Shown here one piece after another: positions 51,275 through 63,554 of a stretch of 64,000 nucleotides of DNA. The notes below the pieces were generated by a model. That model did not search any database. It saw only the letters and a program-made list of their open reading frames with translations, and was not told the origin of the DNA. Source of the DNA: Felis catus (lineage: Eukaryota); the NCBI RefSeq assembly GCF_018350175.1, contig NC_058382.1, positions 57,724,001 through 57,788,000 of the forward strand. Reading direction: 5' to 3'. A program made the position numbers and the translations under genes. The number at the start of each line of letters is the position of its first letter. The stretch's first letter is position 1.

Positions 51275-51670
51275 GTGTCCTTCAGAAAGACAGGTTTACC
51301 CCCAAACCTGTGAGTGCCCTGATTTGGAAATAGGGTCTTTGCAGGTGTCCGGGGGAATGGGGTCGTGCTGGATTAGGGTGGGCCTCGATCCAGTGACGGG
51401 GTCCTCGTGAGAAGAGTGGAACTTGGACAGACACACCGGGAGGAGGGCAAGTGACACTGGAGGTGTAGGTGGAGGTTGGAGTGACAGGTCGGCAAGCCCA
51501 GAGACGCCGGGACTGCCGGGGGCGCCCGAAGCCGGGGCAGCGAGCGAGCATCCCTGAGAGAGAGGGCCACCTGCCCGCGCCTTGACCTTAGACCCCCCGC
51601 CTCCAGAACTGCGCCTCCGCTGGGCTGAGCTCCCAGCTGGTGGCCCTTTGTTACAACAGCCCCGGGACCC
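51275..51670 (+). mobile_element. MaLR LTR (MLT1B/C-like)
   Basis: atttggaaatagggtctttgcaggtg...ctggattagggtgggcc...gcctccagaactg...ctttgttacaacagccc. Confidence 0.85.
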
Positions 51671-53164
51671 GCCCGCGCCCACTGCCGCTGTCACCCTCCG
51701 GTCACCGCTCAGACGGACGCGAGAGAACGTGCTGGTCTCCTCCCATCTGAACCCGTCCAAGGGCAAGGCTGGCCTCTGTCCACAGCTTAAGGGCTTCCTC
51801 CGTTGTTGGGGGCTAAGCTGCTCTTTTCTGAAGGGAAGGCGGCCGGCGACACCCCGTTTCCCAGATGGAAAAACCAAGGCTCTCGGGGGGCTCCCCACGC
51901 CCACGCCGTCGCTCAGCTCTCCACAACCGCGTCTCCCGCTGCCCGCCCGGGTCAGCCTCCTTCCCGCCCAGATGTTGGACCGAGTCCTCGGAGTTCCCGG
52001 CAGAGGGGAGAGGTCAAGAAATTTCCGAGCTCAAATGAGGACAGCCGCCTGGCTCTGTGACCTGCTTCGTGGAGAGCCTGGGAGGCGACTGTGGGGCAGC
52101 GAGCTGGTCGGTGACTCCAGCCCGGGCAGCGCGACCCGTTTCCCTGAGCTCACACCGCCCTCGGCCCTGTCGAAACAGAAGCGGGCTCCGTCCAGGCCTG
52201 AGGTTGTGGCCGCTGGACGCCTGGAGGCCGACTGGTCAGCCCAGCCCAAGCCGCACCGCCACTGAGAGCCACCAGAAGCCACAGGAGCCTCCCCACCCAG
52301 GTGACCTCTCCTGCACTGTGCAGGCCCTGTTGTCTGCTGAGCACCCACAGTGGCGCCCGTCCTGGAGCTGGGGGTCAGACCGGGTACGGCCTTCCGTCCC
52401 CAGAACAGGCTAGGCACACACCGCCTGCCGGGAAGGCTCCGTGGGCCCCGTGCGTGTGGGCGGGGTGCTGTTTCTGCAGAGCCACGGGGGCTGGGAGGGC
52501 GACCGCCAGATGACCGCCTTCCAGCCCTGGAACCCCGTATTTCAGAAGGGGACAGCAAGGCCCCTAGAGGGGGAGTGACCGGCGGAAGGTCCGGCTGGTC
52601 TGCCAGGGAGGCAGGCGTGTCCCACAGGACACGCACGTGGGGCGCAGAAAGTTGGGGTGCGAGGCAGAGTGTAGGCCCCTGGGGCGTGAGATGAGAGGTG
52701 GCTCGGGGCCGGGGGGCGCCGTGGGCCATTCTGGGAGTGGGACCTCTCTGGAAACAGGAGCGGGCTGCAGCTGGGGCTGACGGCTATACTAGGGGACCGG
52801 CTCGTCGTTGGTGGCAAAACAGACCTCCCGAAACTGTCTGGTAACCAGCTGGCTGCCCCCCTGAGGGCACCTCTGTCATTCTGACGTCTCGGGCCCCTAT
52901 CCCCTGATGCCTCATTTTCTGGGGTCACACGTTCAGATGCTGGGTGTTCAAAATGCAGCCCAAGGGCCAGCCACTTCCCCCCCACCTGCACCTGCCTCCG
53001 CCTGGCCCGAGCCATGTCTCCTCTCGCCCGGACCTCACCGGGGGCTCCCGCTGCTGTCCCTGTGCCCCCCGCCCCCACCGCCCCTACATTCCATCCCAAT
53101 GAGGCAGGTCAGGGGGTGTTCCTGTGCCTCCCCAGCTTAGAAGGCTCTGAGGGCTTTCCGTCTG

Positions 53165-53495
53165 TGTCGGGGTGAACAGTTGGCCTGACCGTTCGTGGCC
53201 ATCTGTAACACGTGACCTTATTTGGAAATAGAGTCTTAGCAGATGTCAAGTTTAGAGGTGGTCATACTAGGGTGGGGTGGGCCCTGGTGCAAAGACGTGG
53301 GGTCCTTGTAGGAAGAGGAAATTTGGTGGCCTGGGGCCACCAAGAACCGATCGTCCCCTGGGGCCGTGAGAGGGAGCTCGGCCCCGCCGAGGCCTTGATC
53401 TCGGGCTCGCGGCCACCAGAGCTGTGAGAGAGCACGTCCTTTGCTTCAGGACCCCCGGTTCTTGGTCCTTTGTCACAGCAGCCCCCAGAAGATGA
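53165..53495 (+). mobile_element. MaLR LTR (MLT1B-like), internally deleted
   Basis: gtgaccttatttggaaatagagtcttagcagatg...ggccaccagagctgtgagag...ctttgtcacagcagccc. Confidence 0.8.
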
Positions 53496-54560
53496 AGGCA
53501 GCGGCCAAACATGGCTCAGAAACACCGCACCCTCCCTCTGCCTGCAGTGCCCATCGTATGGCAAAGGCCCTGAGAAGTCCTGCAGGGAAGAACAGGTTCC
53601 ACTTTCCTGTCACCCGTGATCATTCGCTCCCCAAAAGCGTCTCACCCGCCCTTTAACTTGCCCTCTCAGGCGATAACGCTTTGGGAAGTGTTGGACTCGA
53701 AAATCCCTAAGGTCCGCTCCAGACTGAAAATCCTGTGGCTTCTGGAATGGGAAGCCGAGCCCCACGACATAAATAGAAATTTGTATGCCTCATTAGGCGC
53801 TATTTTTAAAAGCAGCCAGCATGCCGTCCCATTTGGGGGGCAGCACAGCCAGCCCGTGGGAGAAAATTGTTCTAGTCGAGCAGTCAGATGCGAACTCCAC
53901 CGACCACGCGGGGCCCTCCGTCTGAGGCCCACGGATGCGTGAAGGAGAATAATTACATCGCGCACGGTTATTTCCTGGGGCTGTGTTTTCTCGAAGTGGA
54001 GCTGCCGAGTCGAAGACCTGGTGTTTTTGAAGTCATTGGATTCGCAGCGTCGAGCCGGCTCTCCAAAAAGTGGTACACGTTTAAGCTCCCACCAGCACAG
54101 ACGGGAGGAGCCCATCCCCCACTCTTCCGTGCCAACGCTGGGCATCGCCACCCTTGACACCTTGCAATTGTCCCGTGTGTCTCGACCACAGAAGTCAGCA
54201 AGTGTGTCTGTTGGGTCATCTGAGTCTCTACTGAATCGTGTCCAGAAAAGCCTGCCCGCTAGCCCACCCCACCAATGGGGGATTCTTGCCGGTGGCCGGG
54301 CATTGGCGCCCTGAGGTCAGGCCAACCTTTTCAGAGGAAGCAGCAAACCTCACTCAGGTTTGGCCCCAAACACTGAACTCTGAGAGAGAGAGAGAGACGA
54401 TTCGGTGTCATAGGATCGTTCCCCAGGGGCAGAGCTGGGTGGAGAAAAGAGGTCAGCGTTTGGGGTCCGGAGAACACGGGGTTTGTCCCGGTCTGGCCCC
54501 TTTCTAGCTCCGTGAGCTTGGGCCACACACGTGACCTCCTTGTGCCTCCGTTCTGTCATC

Positions 54561-54783
54561 TTTTTTTTAAATTTTTTTTTTTAACGTTTATTTATTTTTG
54601 GGACAGAGAGAGACAGAGCATGAACGGGGGAGGGGCAGAGAGAGAGGGAGACACAGAATCGGAAACAGGCTCCAGGCTCTGAGTCATCAGCCCAGAGCCT
54701 GACGCGGGGCTCGAACTCACAGACCGCGAGATCGTGACCTGGCTGAAGTCGGACGCTTAACCGACTGCGCCACCCAGGCGCCC
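54561..54783 (-). mobile_element. Young SINEC_Fc with a perfect 16-bp TSD, inserted in a MIR
   Basis: TSD ccgttctgtcatcttt at 54548 and 54784; near-consensus body. Confidence 0.98.
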
Positions 54784-55004
54784 CCGTTCTGTCATCTTTG
54801 ATGTGGAATGATGACACCCCCAGCCTCTCCGAGCTGTGAGGGATTACGTTATTTCTTCGTTGTGAGATGGGCTTTGTGGATGTGACCCTAGTATGAGCTG
54901 GGGTTCCAGATAGCACAGTCTGGACGGCATTGCAGACAAGTGTGACCCACAAGGAATCTGGAGTTGTACTTGCAATGCCCTAGAAACATTAAGGGGATCT
55001 ACTT

Positions 55005-55197
55005 AAAAAAAAAAATTTAATGTTTATTTTTGAGAGTGAGCGAGCAAGCGGGGGGGGGGGGGGGACGGGGAGGGGTTGGGACAGAGGATCCGAAGCGGGC
55101 TGCGTGCTGACAGCAGAGTGCCCAATGCGGGCCTTGAACTCACAAACCGTGAGATCATGACCTGAGCTGAGGTCAGACGCTTAACTGACTGAGCCCC
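55005..55197 (-). mobile_element. Can-SINE with shortened head and a G-run replacing the (GA)n tract
   Basis: TSD taaggggatctactt / taagggaatctgctt. Confidence 0.9.
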
Positions 55198-56839
55198 TAA
55201 GGGAATCTGCTTCTTAACCCACCATTAGGGTTCCCAAATCCTGCGGCTGCTTCTCCACGACTCCCTTACCCCCCTGCAGCGACCCCAGACCTCACCCCCC
55301 AAATCCAGCTTTCGTGTTTGGCCTTGCACCCCCCTCCCCGGCCTCAACCCTGCCCGATGATGAAGACAGGCCTCCTCTCCCCGGTGTTGCTGGTTGTCCC
55401 ATCGCTTTTCTCTAGGGTCCGGAATCTCCACAATAAGGGGGAGAACCGTCACCTGGGTTCTCCTGCCTCTGTAGGTCCTGGTTCCCTCTATTTCCCCCCA
55501 GTTCTGCCTAAAACCTGGAACCAGCCTGGGAACAACAGAACTCTGGGAGGCAGGGAGGAGGAGGAGGAAGCTGAGTGGGCGAAGACATCCTCTAATTGGG
55601 GGGGGGGGACCCGTCGTGTAGATGTACTCGCGTGTGCGCATCATCTTACGAGCTCCTGGCTCCCCTTTGCTTCTCCTCTTTTAGCCGAAGCCCTTGTGAC
55701 ATCCTCAGTCTCCCTTCAGTGAACGGGTTCCTCCCTCCCACTGTCCCCAAAGGAGCGGTGAGGGGGGCAGATCATGACCTGGACTTTGGGGCCAATATGG
55801 CAGCCCCAGCCTCAGGAGGCACCCGGGGTGGGGGAATGGCTTTGAGGACGGTCCGGTGGGTCTCCTCGGGGGCTGGCTCTTTGCCCAGCCCCTTCCCTCC
55901 CATTGCCAAGGGCTTGGTCCCCAGCCTTGGTTCTTATACAGAGTGTGTGCAAACACAACGCGGCCATGGGGTCACCTCTTTCCCCCTTGTCCTCATGCTC
56001 CACGCCGGCACCCCGGAGAGGGCCAGGACGTGGGTCGTGTTTCCCGCCTCCCCCTGAACCTCAGCTCACCACCCAGCATCCCCAGCACACTCTGCTCCTG
56101 TGGTCCCTTCCAGCCCCGACAGGAGGGTGGGGAAGAGCCGGAGAGATGTGGTCAGCGGGTCAGCCGGGCTTCCGCTCAGGAACCGTGTGGCGTCACACAA
56201 GATGCTGTATCTCTCAAAGCCTCAGCTTCCTCGTCTGCAAAATGGGTGTGACTGCAGAGCTGGGTGGACCTAGAAACTGTTCGTTGTGCTTAGATGTGGC
56301 GTTGATGACGACAGATGTGAATTTCCCCATCCGTTCATCCCCTGGCTGCGTACCGGGCATCGTTGCCTCTCCGTTCACCCCTAGCTCTGTGCTGGGGTCC
56401 TGGCCACCCCTGGAAGATACCAGGACCAGTGGAGGCCAGTGTGGTGGCCGCCGACACCGCACCCACGGGCCACGACCAGTGGGCTTATATGCTGTGCCGA
56501 GCGTAGGGGCCTGCGGGCCCAGAGGAAGGGCTAAGACCCTGGGAAGGCTTCCTGGAGGAGGTGACATCTGATCTGGGCCTTAAACAATGAGAAGGAGCCA
56601 TTCACTTTTTCATTCATTCAATTAATAGGCATCTCCCCCCTGTCCGTGAGGTACAAATGCCGTCAGGAGTTGGTCCTGGGAGGTTAGAGGCCAGGGAACC
56701 AGAGGACATCTCTGACCTCCCTCTCCCATCCAGCATGGGGCCCAGGGCTTGGCCAGGCTGGGTGTGGGAGCGCGGGCAGGGCTGGCCCACACCCGAGGGT
56801 CACAGTGGTGGAGGGCCGGGGACCTCCCTCCCCACGTAG

Positions 56840-57485
56840 GTATGGCAGCCGTGCAGTGGAACCCCGTGCAGCAGGGAACAAGGTGGGGGGTCTCTGCGTG
56901 GGTGTGGAATGATCCCCAAGATACACCATCGAGTGAAAAAGAGCCACGTGCCTGACAGTTATGTGGCCGTCGCATAACGCACGCGTGCACACAGACATGG
57001 GCGTGAATGTCCGGGCAGGGACCGGCCAGGACGTCACTCTGTGGCCGGCCGTCTGGGCCCGTGCTCCCGGAGAGGATGCCAGCTGCTAGCGTGAGTGGCC
57101 CTCGGGGCTGCAGGGAGCCAGCAGTCTCGGTGGGGTGGGGACAGGGGCTGGGCTCCCAGGGGTAGACGCGTGTCGAGCAGGGGGACGGAGCTGTGACCCG
57201 GGCCACAACGCGGGTGGCCCCTGAAGACGCGCCACGTGAAGGGAGGTGACCGTACTTGTGCGACTGCGTCTATAAGAAGTGTCCGGCAGGCGCAAACCCA
57301 CAGAGGCAAAGCGGATGGGTGGTCCCAGCGGGGGAGGAGTGGCGCGGCAGCTGACGGGCACGGGGCTTCCCGGGGTGGGGGTGCCCAACGCTCGGAGGGC
57401 ACGGAATGCCACTCGACTGCTGATTTTAAAACGGTTAGTTTTATGTCACACGAACTTCGCTTCGATACGTTATTTCAAAAGAAAA
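56840..57485 (+). mobile_element. Old L1M fragments
   Basis: tgtggaatgatccccaagatacac...; ataagaagtgtccggcaggcgcaaacccacag...ttttaaaacggttagttttatgtcacacgaactt. Confidence 0.55.
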
Positions 57486-57494
57486 ACAAGCCGT

Positions 57495-57592
57495 TGCTGC
57501 CTCAGTCGGCAGAGCATGCGACCTGGTCTCGGGGTCGTGAGTTCGAGCCCCACACTGTGCACAGAGCTCACTTTAAAAAATAAAAATAAAAA
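57495..57592 (+). mobile_element. Short old carnivore SINE (SINEC_c-like)
   Basis: ctcagtcggcagagcatgcgac...ggggtcgtgagttcgagccccacactg...ctttaaaaaataaaaataaaaa. Confidence 0.8.
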
Positions 57593-59009
57593 CAATTCAA
57601 ATGCTGTCCTGGGCTCGTGTGCATTTAGGGGAGCGGCTGCCAGCTAGGTTGGCCAGGTAGGAACCGGGACCCAGGGAAGCCGTGACTCTGCATTTCCAGG
57701 TGAGCTCTCCTGATTTGTACGCGTGAGACTCACTCAAGGTATTTTACCAAAGCCCCGGGGCCACATCCGGGTCAAGCACCGGCCCGCGGCGTCTCCCGCA
57801 GCCGGGGGCAGAGTGCCCACCCCTGGTCCAGCGCCTGGATGGCCGCCCCCACCTCCTCGGGCACTGCTGGGAGAAGGGAGGGCGGGTGGAAAAGAACCCC
57901 CAGCGGAGAAAGGCCCGGGCAAACATCGAGATGCTTCTGGCTTCTCAAGACCTAAGCCGTGGCCTGTTTAAACGTCTGCTCTGGTGGGACTTTGTTGTAA
58001 ACGGACTCGGTTTTGTTGAGCTGCTTGAGTTTTTATTTGTTTAAAAAAAAAAAAGCCCTCAAGACCTTCTCAGGCGAGAACACAGGGTTAGTCCGGAAAA
58101 ACCAAGAAAAGGGCGAAAGAGACGGACGAGGAACCCAACCGCCCGCTGCACGGCAGGCGGGCGTGAGGTCTTGCGTGGCCGCGAAGCCCCCACCCCGTAG
58201 CGGGCACTACGTTTCTCGAGTACCTGCCGCACACAGGCGTCGCGGCCAGCCCCGTGGCTCCAGTCCCCCCGCAGACTGCACGAGGCAGAACCATTAGCCA
58301 TCGTCTCGCAGATGAGGACACTGAGGCACGGAGGGGAAGGCGGCGCCCCAGGCCACGCGGCTGGAAGGTGGCAGGGATGGGAACCGTAGCCGCATCTGGG
58401 AGGCTCTTTCCGCCACATTCCACGGCCACTCGGAGCCAATCCGCCCGTGGAGCGGGGACCCTCACGGGCGCCACCTGGTCACCGAGCTGTCGGGGTGTCG
58501 AATGGAGCCCCTCGCCGGCAGGCTGCCCAGGTCACCCAGCAGGCCACTGCCCCTGCTGCCCAGATGACAGGGTCTCACCTAGACTGAGGTCGGAGAAAAG
58601 CCGTGCACGGACCCCTCCTGGCTGCTCGGCCCCCCTCCCCTGCTTTCCACGGCAGACGTCACCCCTGCTCCCACTGCCCTCGGTGTGCCCACCGAGGACC
58701 CTGGCTGCCCACCCCGGAGGAAGGTGTCTGAAGTCCCTCGTCTTCAGAGGCCTGTCTGCAGACGGCTAGCCTGTGCTTTAGGAAACCTGCTTCGGATGAG
58801 CCTCTGCCTCCCCTGGCCGGCGACCGTTCGTGTGGGCATTTGTCGGCCCCCGGGCACCTTCTCTGAGCCCAGCAGGCTGGGCCATGTGGGCTCCAGCAGC
58901 TCCTCCCACCCCAGCATTCTCTGGTTTTAAGCAGCTCCCATTCCGGGTTGATGTCAAAGAGACAGAACTCTCACTAACCTAGTGGATAGACTGCAGTAAA
59001 CCAGCCTTT

Positions 59010-59215
59010 CCCTGCCCCAGGGCCTTTGCATGGCTGTTCTCTCCCCGGCCCTTACCTGATTTCTCACTCTCCGTGATGTCCATCCTGATGTTCCCTCTCC
59101 TTGCTGTTTTTATAGCACGAGTCACAGTATATAACTGTGTATTCTCTTTGTCATACTGATGTCTACTGAGGGCAGAGGCTTCACTGGCACACAGTAGGCA
59201 TTAGGTGTCCGTAAG
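59010..59215 (+). mobile_element. L2 3' fragment
   Basis: cccagggcctttgcatggctgttc...ctggcacacagtaggcatt. Confidence 0.65.
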
Positions 59216-59298
59216 CGTGTGTGGACCACAGGCCTGGAAGAGCCCCGGGTAGGAGGAGTCTGTGGCCTGCGCGGCACGGGGACATCTGTGGTCTGGTG

Positions 59299-59312
59299 GT
59301 GCCCTCTGGTGG
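59299..59312 (-). promoter_or_regulatory. CTCF motif
   Basis: gtgccctctggtgg, identical to the core at 42714; motif match only. Confidence 0.5.
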
Positions 59313-60133
59313 CATGATGCTGATACCACGCTGAGAGCCGACCCCTTTCCCTTTCAGCGCTCCCGCCCCTGGGCTGGCCGCCCGCACAGGGACCCGGCCA
59401 CCAAGGTGACGTAAGCGGCAGAAATTGGTGCTCCTGGAGTTCTGTGAGCTGCTTCCGGATGACCAGGTGAGTTGGGAAGTCAGCCAGCTTCTCACATTAT
59501 TATGAAGTTGCTGCTGTTAATGTTAGACATAAATGGCCACCGGGAGCCACCCGTGGGTCCTGGAGCAGCCTCTCCGACTCACCGCCTGGGACCCTTGGGG
59601 CCAGAGTGCCCTCCCTCTCCCCGGGTGCCCTCTCTCCGCAGCTGGCTCCTGCAGGCTTTGATGAAGGCTGTGGTGGCCGTGTCCTGGCCATTGACCCAGC
59701 TCTGTCCCCCCCCCCCGCCCCCACCCTCCCCAGGATTTGTGTTAAACTCACAGAGAAAAGACCACGTGGGGCTGGAGTCTGAGCCAGGGAGTGTTAAGGT
59801 GTGGACACACACATCCCAGACACTAAAGTATGAGGTCTGAATATCGGGGCAGAGCCCAGAAATCCCGGGTTGGGCCCAGCACCTGCACACGTGCGGGGAC
59901 CAACACAAAGGCTTCTCTGGAGGGAAGGGGTCACGGGGACGTGGACGGGCGTCGCTCGGGCGCACAGGGGGGTCGCGGGGCCGTGATGCAGCCTGGAAGC
60001 AACGATGGCGTTTTGAGGCTAGATTCTGCAGTTCAGAAGTATGTGCTAGAAATATTACTGAAATAACCTCAGTGAAAGATGCAATTCGTGTTACTGTTTT
60101 CGATTTGTCTCTTCAGAAAAGGGTTTTTTTTAC

Positions 60134-60339
60134 GGGCGCCTGAGTGGTCAAGTCGGTTAAGCGTCGGACTCTCGGTTTCAGCTCGGGTCGTGATCTCACG
60201 GTTTCGTGAGTTCAAGCCCCGTGTCGGGCTCTGCGCTGACCGTGAGGAGCCTGCTTGGGATCCTCTCTCCCTCTCTCTCCGCCCCTCCCCCACTCGTGCT
60301 TTGTCTCTCTCTCTCTCAAAAACAAATAAAAAACAAAGA
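60134..60339 (+). mobile_element. Can-SINE
   Basis: gggcgcctgagtggtcaagtcggttaagcgtcggactc head, CT tract, A tail. Confidence 0.95.
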
Positions 60340-61641
60340 AGATATTTTTATTACTTTTTAAACTCAGTACTTAGAAAAATAAAAACACAGGAGAACTAGA
60401 TGATGCTAGCCAGAATGGCCATGTGGGATCCTCCTCCTTCCCTCCCTAGTGAGGACCTTCTGTAACCTCAGGGAGCCTCGGTCTTTTGGTGTATGAAATG
60501 CGCACAGTGTTATCTGCCTCGAGGTTGTAGTGAGATGCGATCAGGTCCAGGAGGGCATCTGGGAAACTGCAAATGTCGAAATGGTGTCCTGGGCATCGTT
60601 ATTATTAAACCTCGCACTGGGAGCTCCTCTCAGAACTCGTGCAAATTCTACTGGCCAGGTGAAGACAAGCCACTGGGTTTTCGGAGGGCCAGTCGCTGTA
60701 CGTGGGTAGTGTCCTCGCACACACACGCATGCCTCCCCGTGGCCAAGGGGCACGTCGCGTTCGGTCGCCCCACGTTAGGAGCTTGTCACAGAAGGGATTT
60801 CACAGCTGGCGTGCCACCTTGTAGGTCGTGCCCGTGACACGGCCGAGCCTGACCGTGAAGTCAGGATAATGCTGTGTTTACTGAGCTTCTGCACCCAAGG
60901 GCCCATGCGTGAGACCACTGTTAAGAAGAACCCAAGGGGCACGAGGGTCCTAAGTGAACATACAAGCCTGCTCCCATCTCATCATCTCGTTGGGATGTGC
61001 CGGCACCGGAGAAAATCTCATCCACGCAGCAGAGCGCCCACTGCCCAACTCGGTCCCGAGAGAGACGGCTGCACGACGGGCCGGGTACCTCCAGGATCTG
61101 GGTGGGCAGACACGAGAAGGGAGGCAGCGTGACAGTGGCGATACCGAGTCTCGTCCGTGGGATCGAGTGACGTCACCGTGGACCTCTGCGCTCGTCCAGT
61201 CTTTCCCGGAGTCGCTGTGTTTGTGTTTCCCGGAAAACGTGCAGGGGCCAAGTTCACGTCCGACCCGTCACCTCGCAGACGTCCCTGTGGCCACTTTCAG
61301 GCTCTCGGAGGTTCATGTGCCCTGCAGCAGGCTTGGGTGCTTGTCTGTTTGGGGTTCCCCTGGGAACTGCTGGGCCGGGTAGGAGCCCCCACCTTCCTCC
61401 CTCCTTGGCGTCCCCAAGGATGACCATCAAAATGAGAAGAGGAATGAAAGACGAAGTCAAACGTTTCCTTTAGTGGAAATGCTCCTTGTTCATCAGTTTG
61501 AGGTCTCAAGTTCCTCCTCCCCAAAAAATCCTTCCTCAAAATATGTGCCATGAACACGGCTGCACCCCGGAACACTCACGCAGAGCGTCCTGTTCCCCGC
61601 ACACACCCCCGGCACTTGTCCTTGTCAGTTCTTTCTGAGGG

Positions 61642-63545
61642 CTATGCTGTTTCTTCGTGACTCGGTCTTGATAGGCTGTACGTTTCTGGCAAGGCGCTCT
61701 CTTCTCGGTGTCCAGTGAGGCGGCATATGATTGCTTATAGTAGTCCCCTGTGGCCGTTTTTATTTCTGTGGCATTGGTTGTGATGTCTCTTCCTTCGTTT
61801 CTGATTTTATTAAGTCTTTACAGTCCTGTAAATAATACTGAAATTGAATCAGTAATCAAAACCCCCCCAACACAGAGAAGTCCAGGACCAGACGGCTTCC
61901 CTAGTGAACTCTACCAAATATTTAAGAGAGAATTAATGCCCGTCCTTCTCAGACTCTTCGGAAAAACCGAAAAGGAGGAAACACTTCCAAACTCATTTTA
62001 CGGGGCCAGCATTACCCTGACACCACAGCCAGACACAGACACGCTGCAGGAAAACCACGGACCAGTATCTCTTACGAGAGGACACGCAAAAATCCTTGAC
62101 AAAACAACAGCCAACCAAATCCGATAGCAGATTAAAAGAACCCCACGCCACAACCAAGCGGTAGTCATCCCTGGAACACACGCGTGGTTCAACAAACAAA
62201 AATCAATTCATATGACTCGCCACGTTAACAGAATAAAGCATAAGGATCTCACACTTGTCTCAACAGATGAAGAAAAGGTATCTGGCAAAATTCAGCACCC
62301 TTCCATGATTAAAAAAAAAAAAAAAGCTCAACTATAAATAGAATGTACCTCAACATAATATATGTGTGAAAAGTCTACAGCTAACATCACACTCAGCAGT
62401 GAAAATCAGGAACAAGGATGCCCATTTCACCACTCTTAGTATCATACTGGAAATCCTAACCAGAGCGCTTAAACACAAAAAAGAAGTAGAATGCATCCAA
62501 ATTGGAAAGGAAGAAATAAAACTGTCCCTGTCTGCAGATGACCTAATCCTATATATTGAAAACTCTAAAGATTCTACAAAAAATAAAGCAAAACAAAAAG
62601 ACTGTTAAAACTAAGAAACAAATGTAATAGAAGTTGCAAGATATAAAATCAACATGCAAAAAATCAGTCACATACCTACACACTAACAACAAACTACCTG
62701 AAGAGGGTATTCCGAAAACAATTCCACTTACACCAAAAAGAATACAATACCTGGGGATAAACTTACAAGGAGAACTTTGTATAAACTACTAAAATATTGG
62801 TGAAAGAAGTTAAAGACACAAATGGAAATACATCCCATGTTCATGGATTGGATCATTAAAATGCCCACACTACCCAAATTGATCTACAGATTCAAAGTGA
62901 TCCCTGTCAAAGTCCCAATGGCATTTTTTAGAGAAATAGAAAAATAATTTATTAAAAAAAATTTTTTTTTCAACATTTATTTATTTTTGGGACAGAGAGA
63001 GACAGAGCATGAACGGGGGAGGGGCAGAGAGAGAGGGAGACACACAATCGGAAACAAGCTCCAGGCTCCGAGCCATCAGCCCAGAGCCCGACGTGGGGCT
63101 CGAACTCACGGACCGCGAGATCGTGACCTGGCTGAAGTCGGACGCTTAACCGACTGCGCCACCCAGGCGCCCCATGAAAAATAATTTAAAACTTCATCTA
63201 GAACTACGAAAAGATGACAAATAGCCAAATCAATCATGAGAACAAAGAATAAAGCTGCAGTATCACACTTCCTCACTTCAAAATATATTACAAAGCCACA
63301 GTAATCAAAACAGTATGGTAACAGCATAAGCCCAAACATACAGCCCGACGGAATGGAACAGAGCCTAGAGATAAACCCAGGCATTTATGGTCAGCTGATC
63401 TTTGACAAGGGTGCTAAAAGCGCATAATGGGGAGAGGACAGTCTCTTCAACAAATGGTGGTGGTGGGAAAATTGGAGATCTACATGCAGAAGAATGAAAA
63501 TTGGACCCTTACCTTCCCACCTACACAAAACTCATCTCAAAATGG
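61642..63545 (+). mobile_element. L1 ORF2 remnant with an inverted 5' segment (61642-61819 antisense, 61820 onward sense)
   Basis: Remnant peptides EIESVIKTPPTQRSPGPDGFPSELYQIFK...LPNSFYGASITL and IQIGKEEIKLSLSADDLILYIE (degenerate RT FADD motif); frameshifted. Confidence 0.93.
62953..63174 (-). mobile_element. Young SINEC_Fc inside the L1
   Basis: TSD gaaaaataattta at 62939 and 63176; near-consensus body. Confidence 0.98.
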
Positions 63546-63554
63546 ATTCGACTG

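Noticed and set aside
57720..58300. CpG-rich block as the promoter or first exon of a downstream gene
   Set aside because: CpG density is high across the whole window, and I found no convincing ATG exon with a splice donor and no recognisable peptide.
61750..62127. 125-aa ORF with a hydrophobic N-terminus resembling a signal peptide fused to an L1 domain
   Set aside because: It is an artefact of the L1 inversion junction (antisense ORF2 joined to sense ORF2), starts at GTG and has no promoter or splice support.
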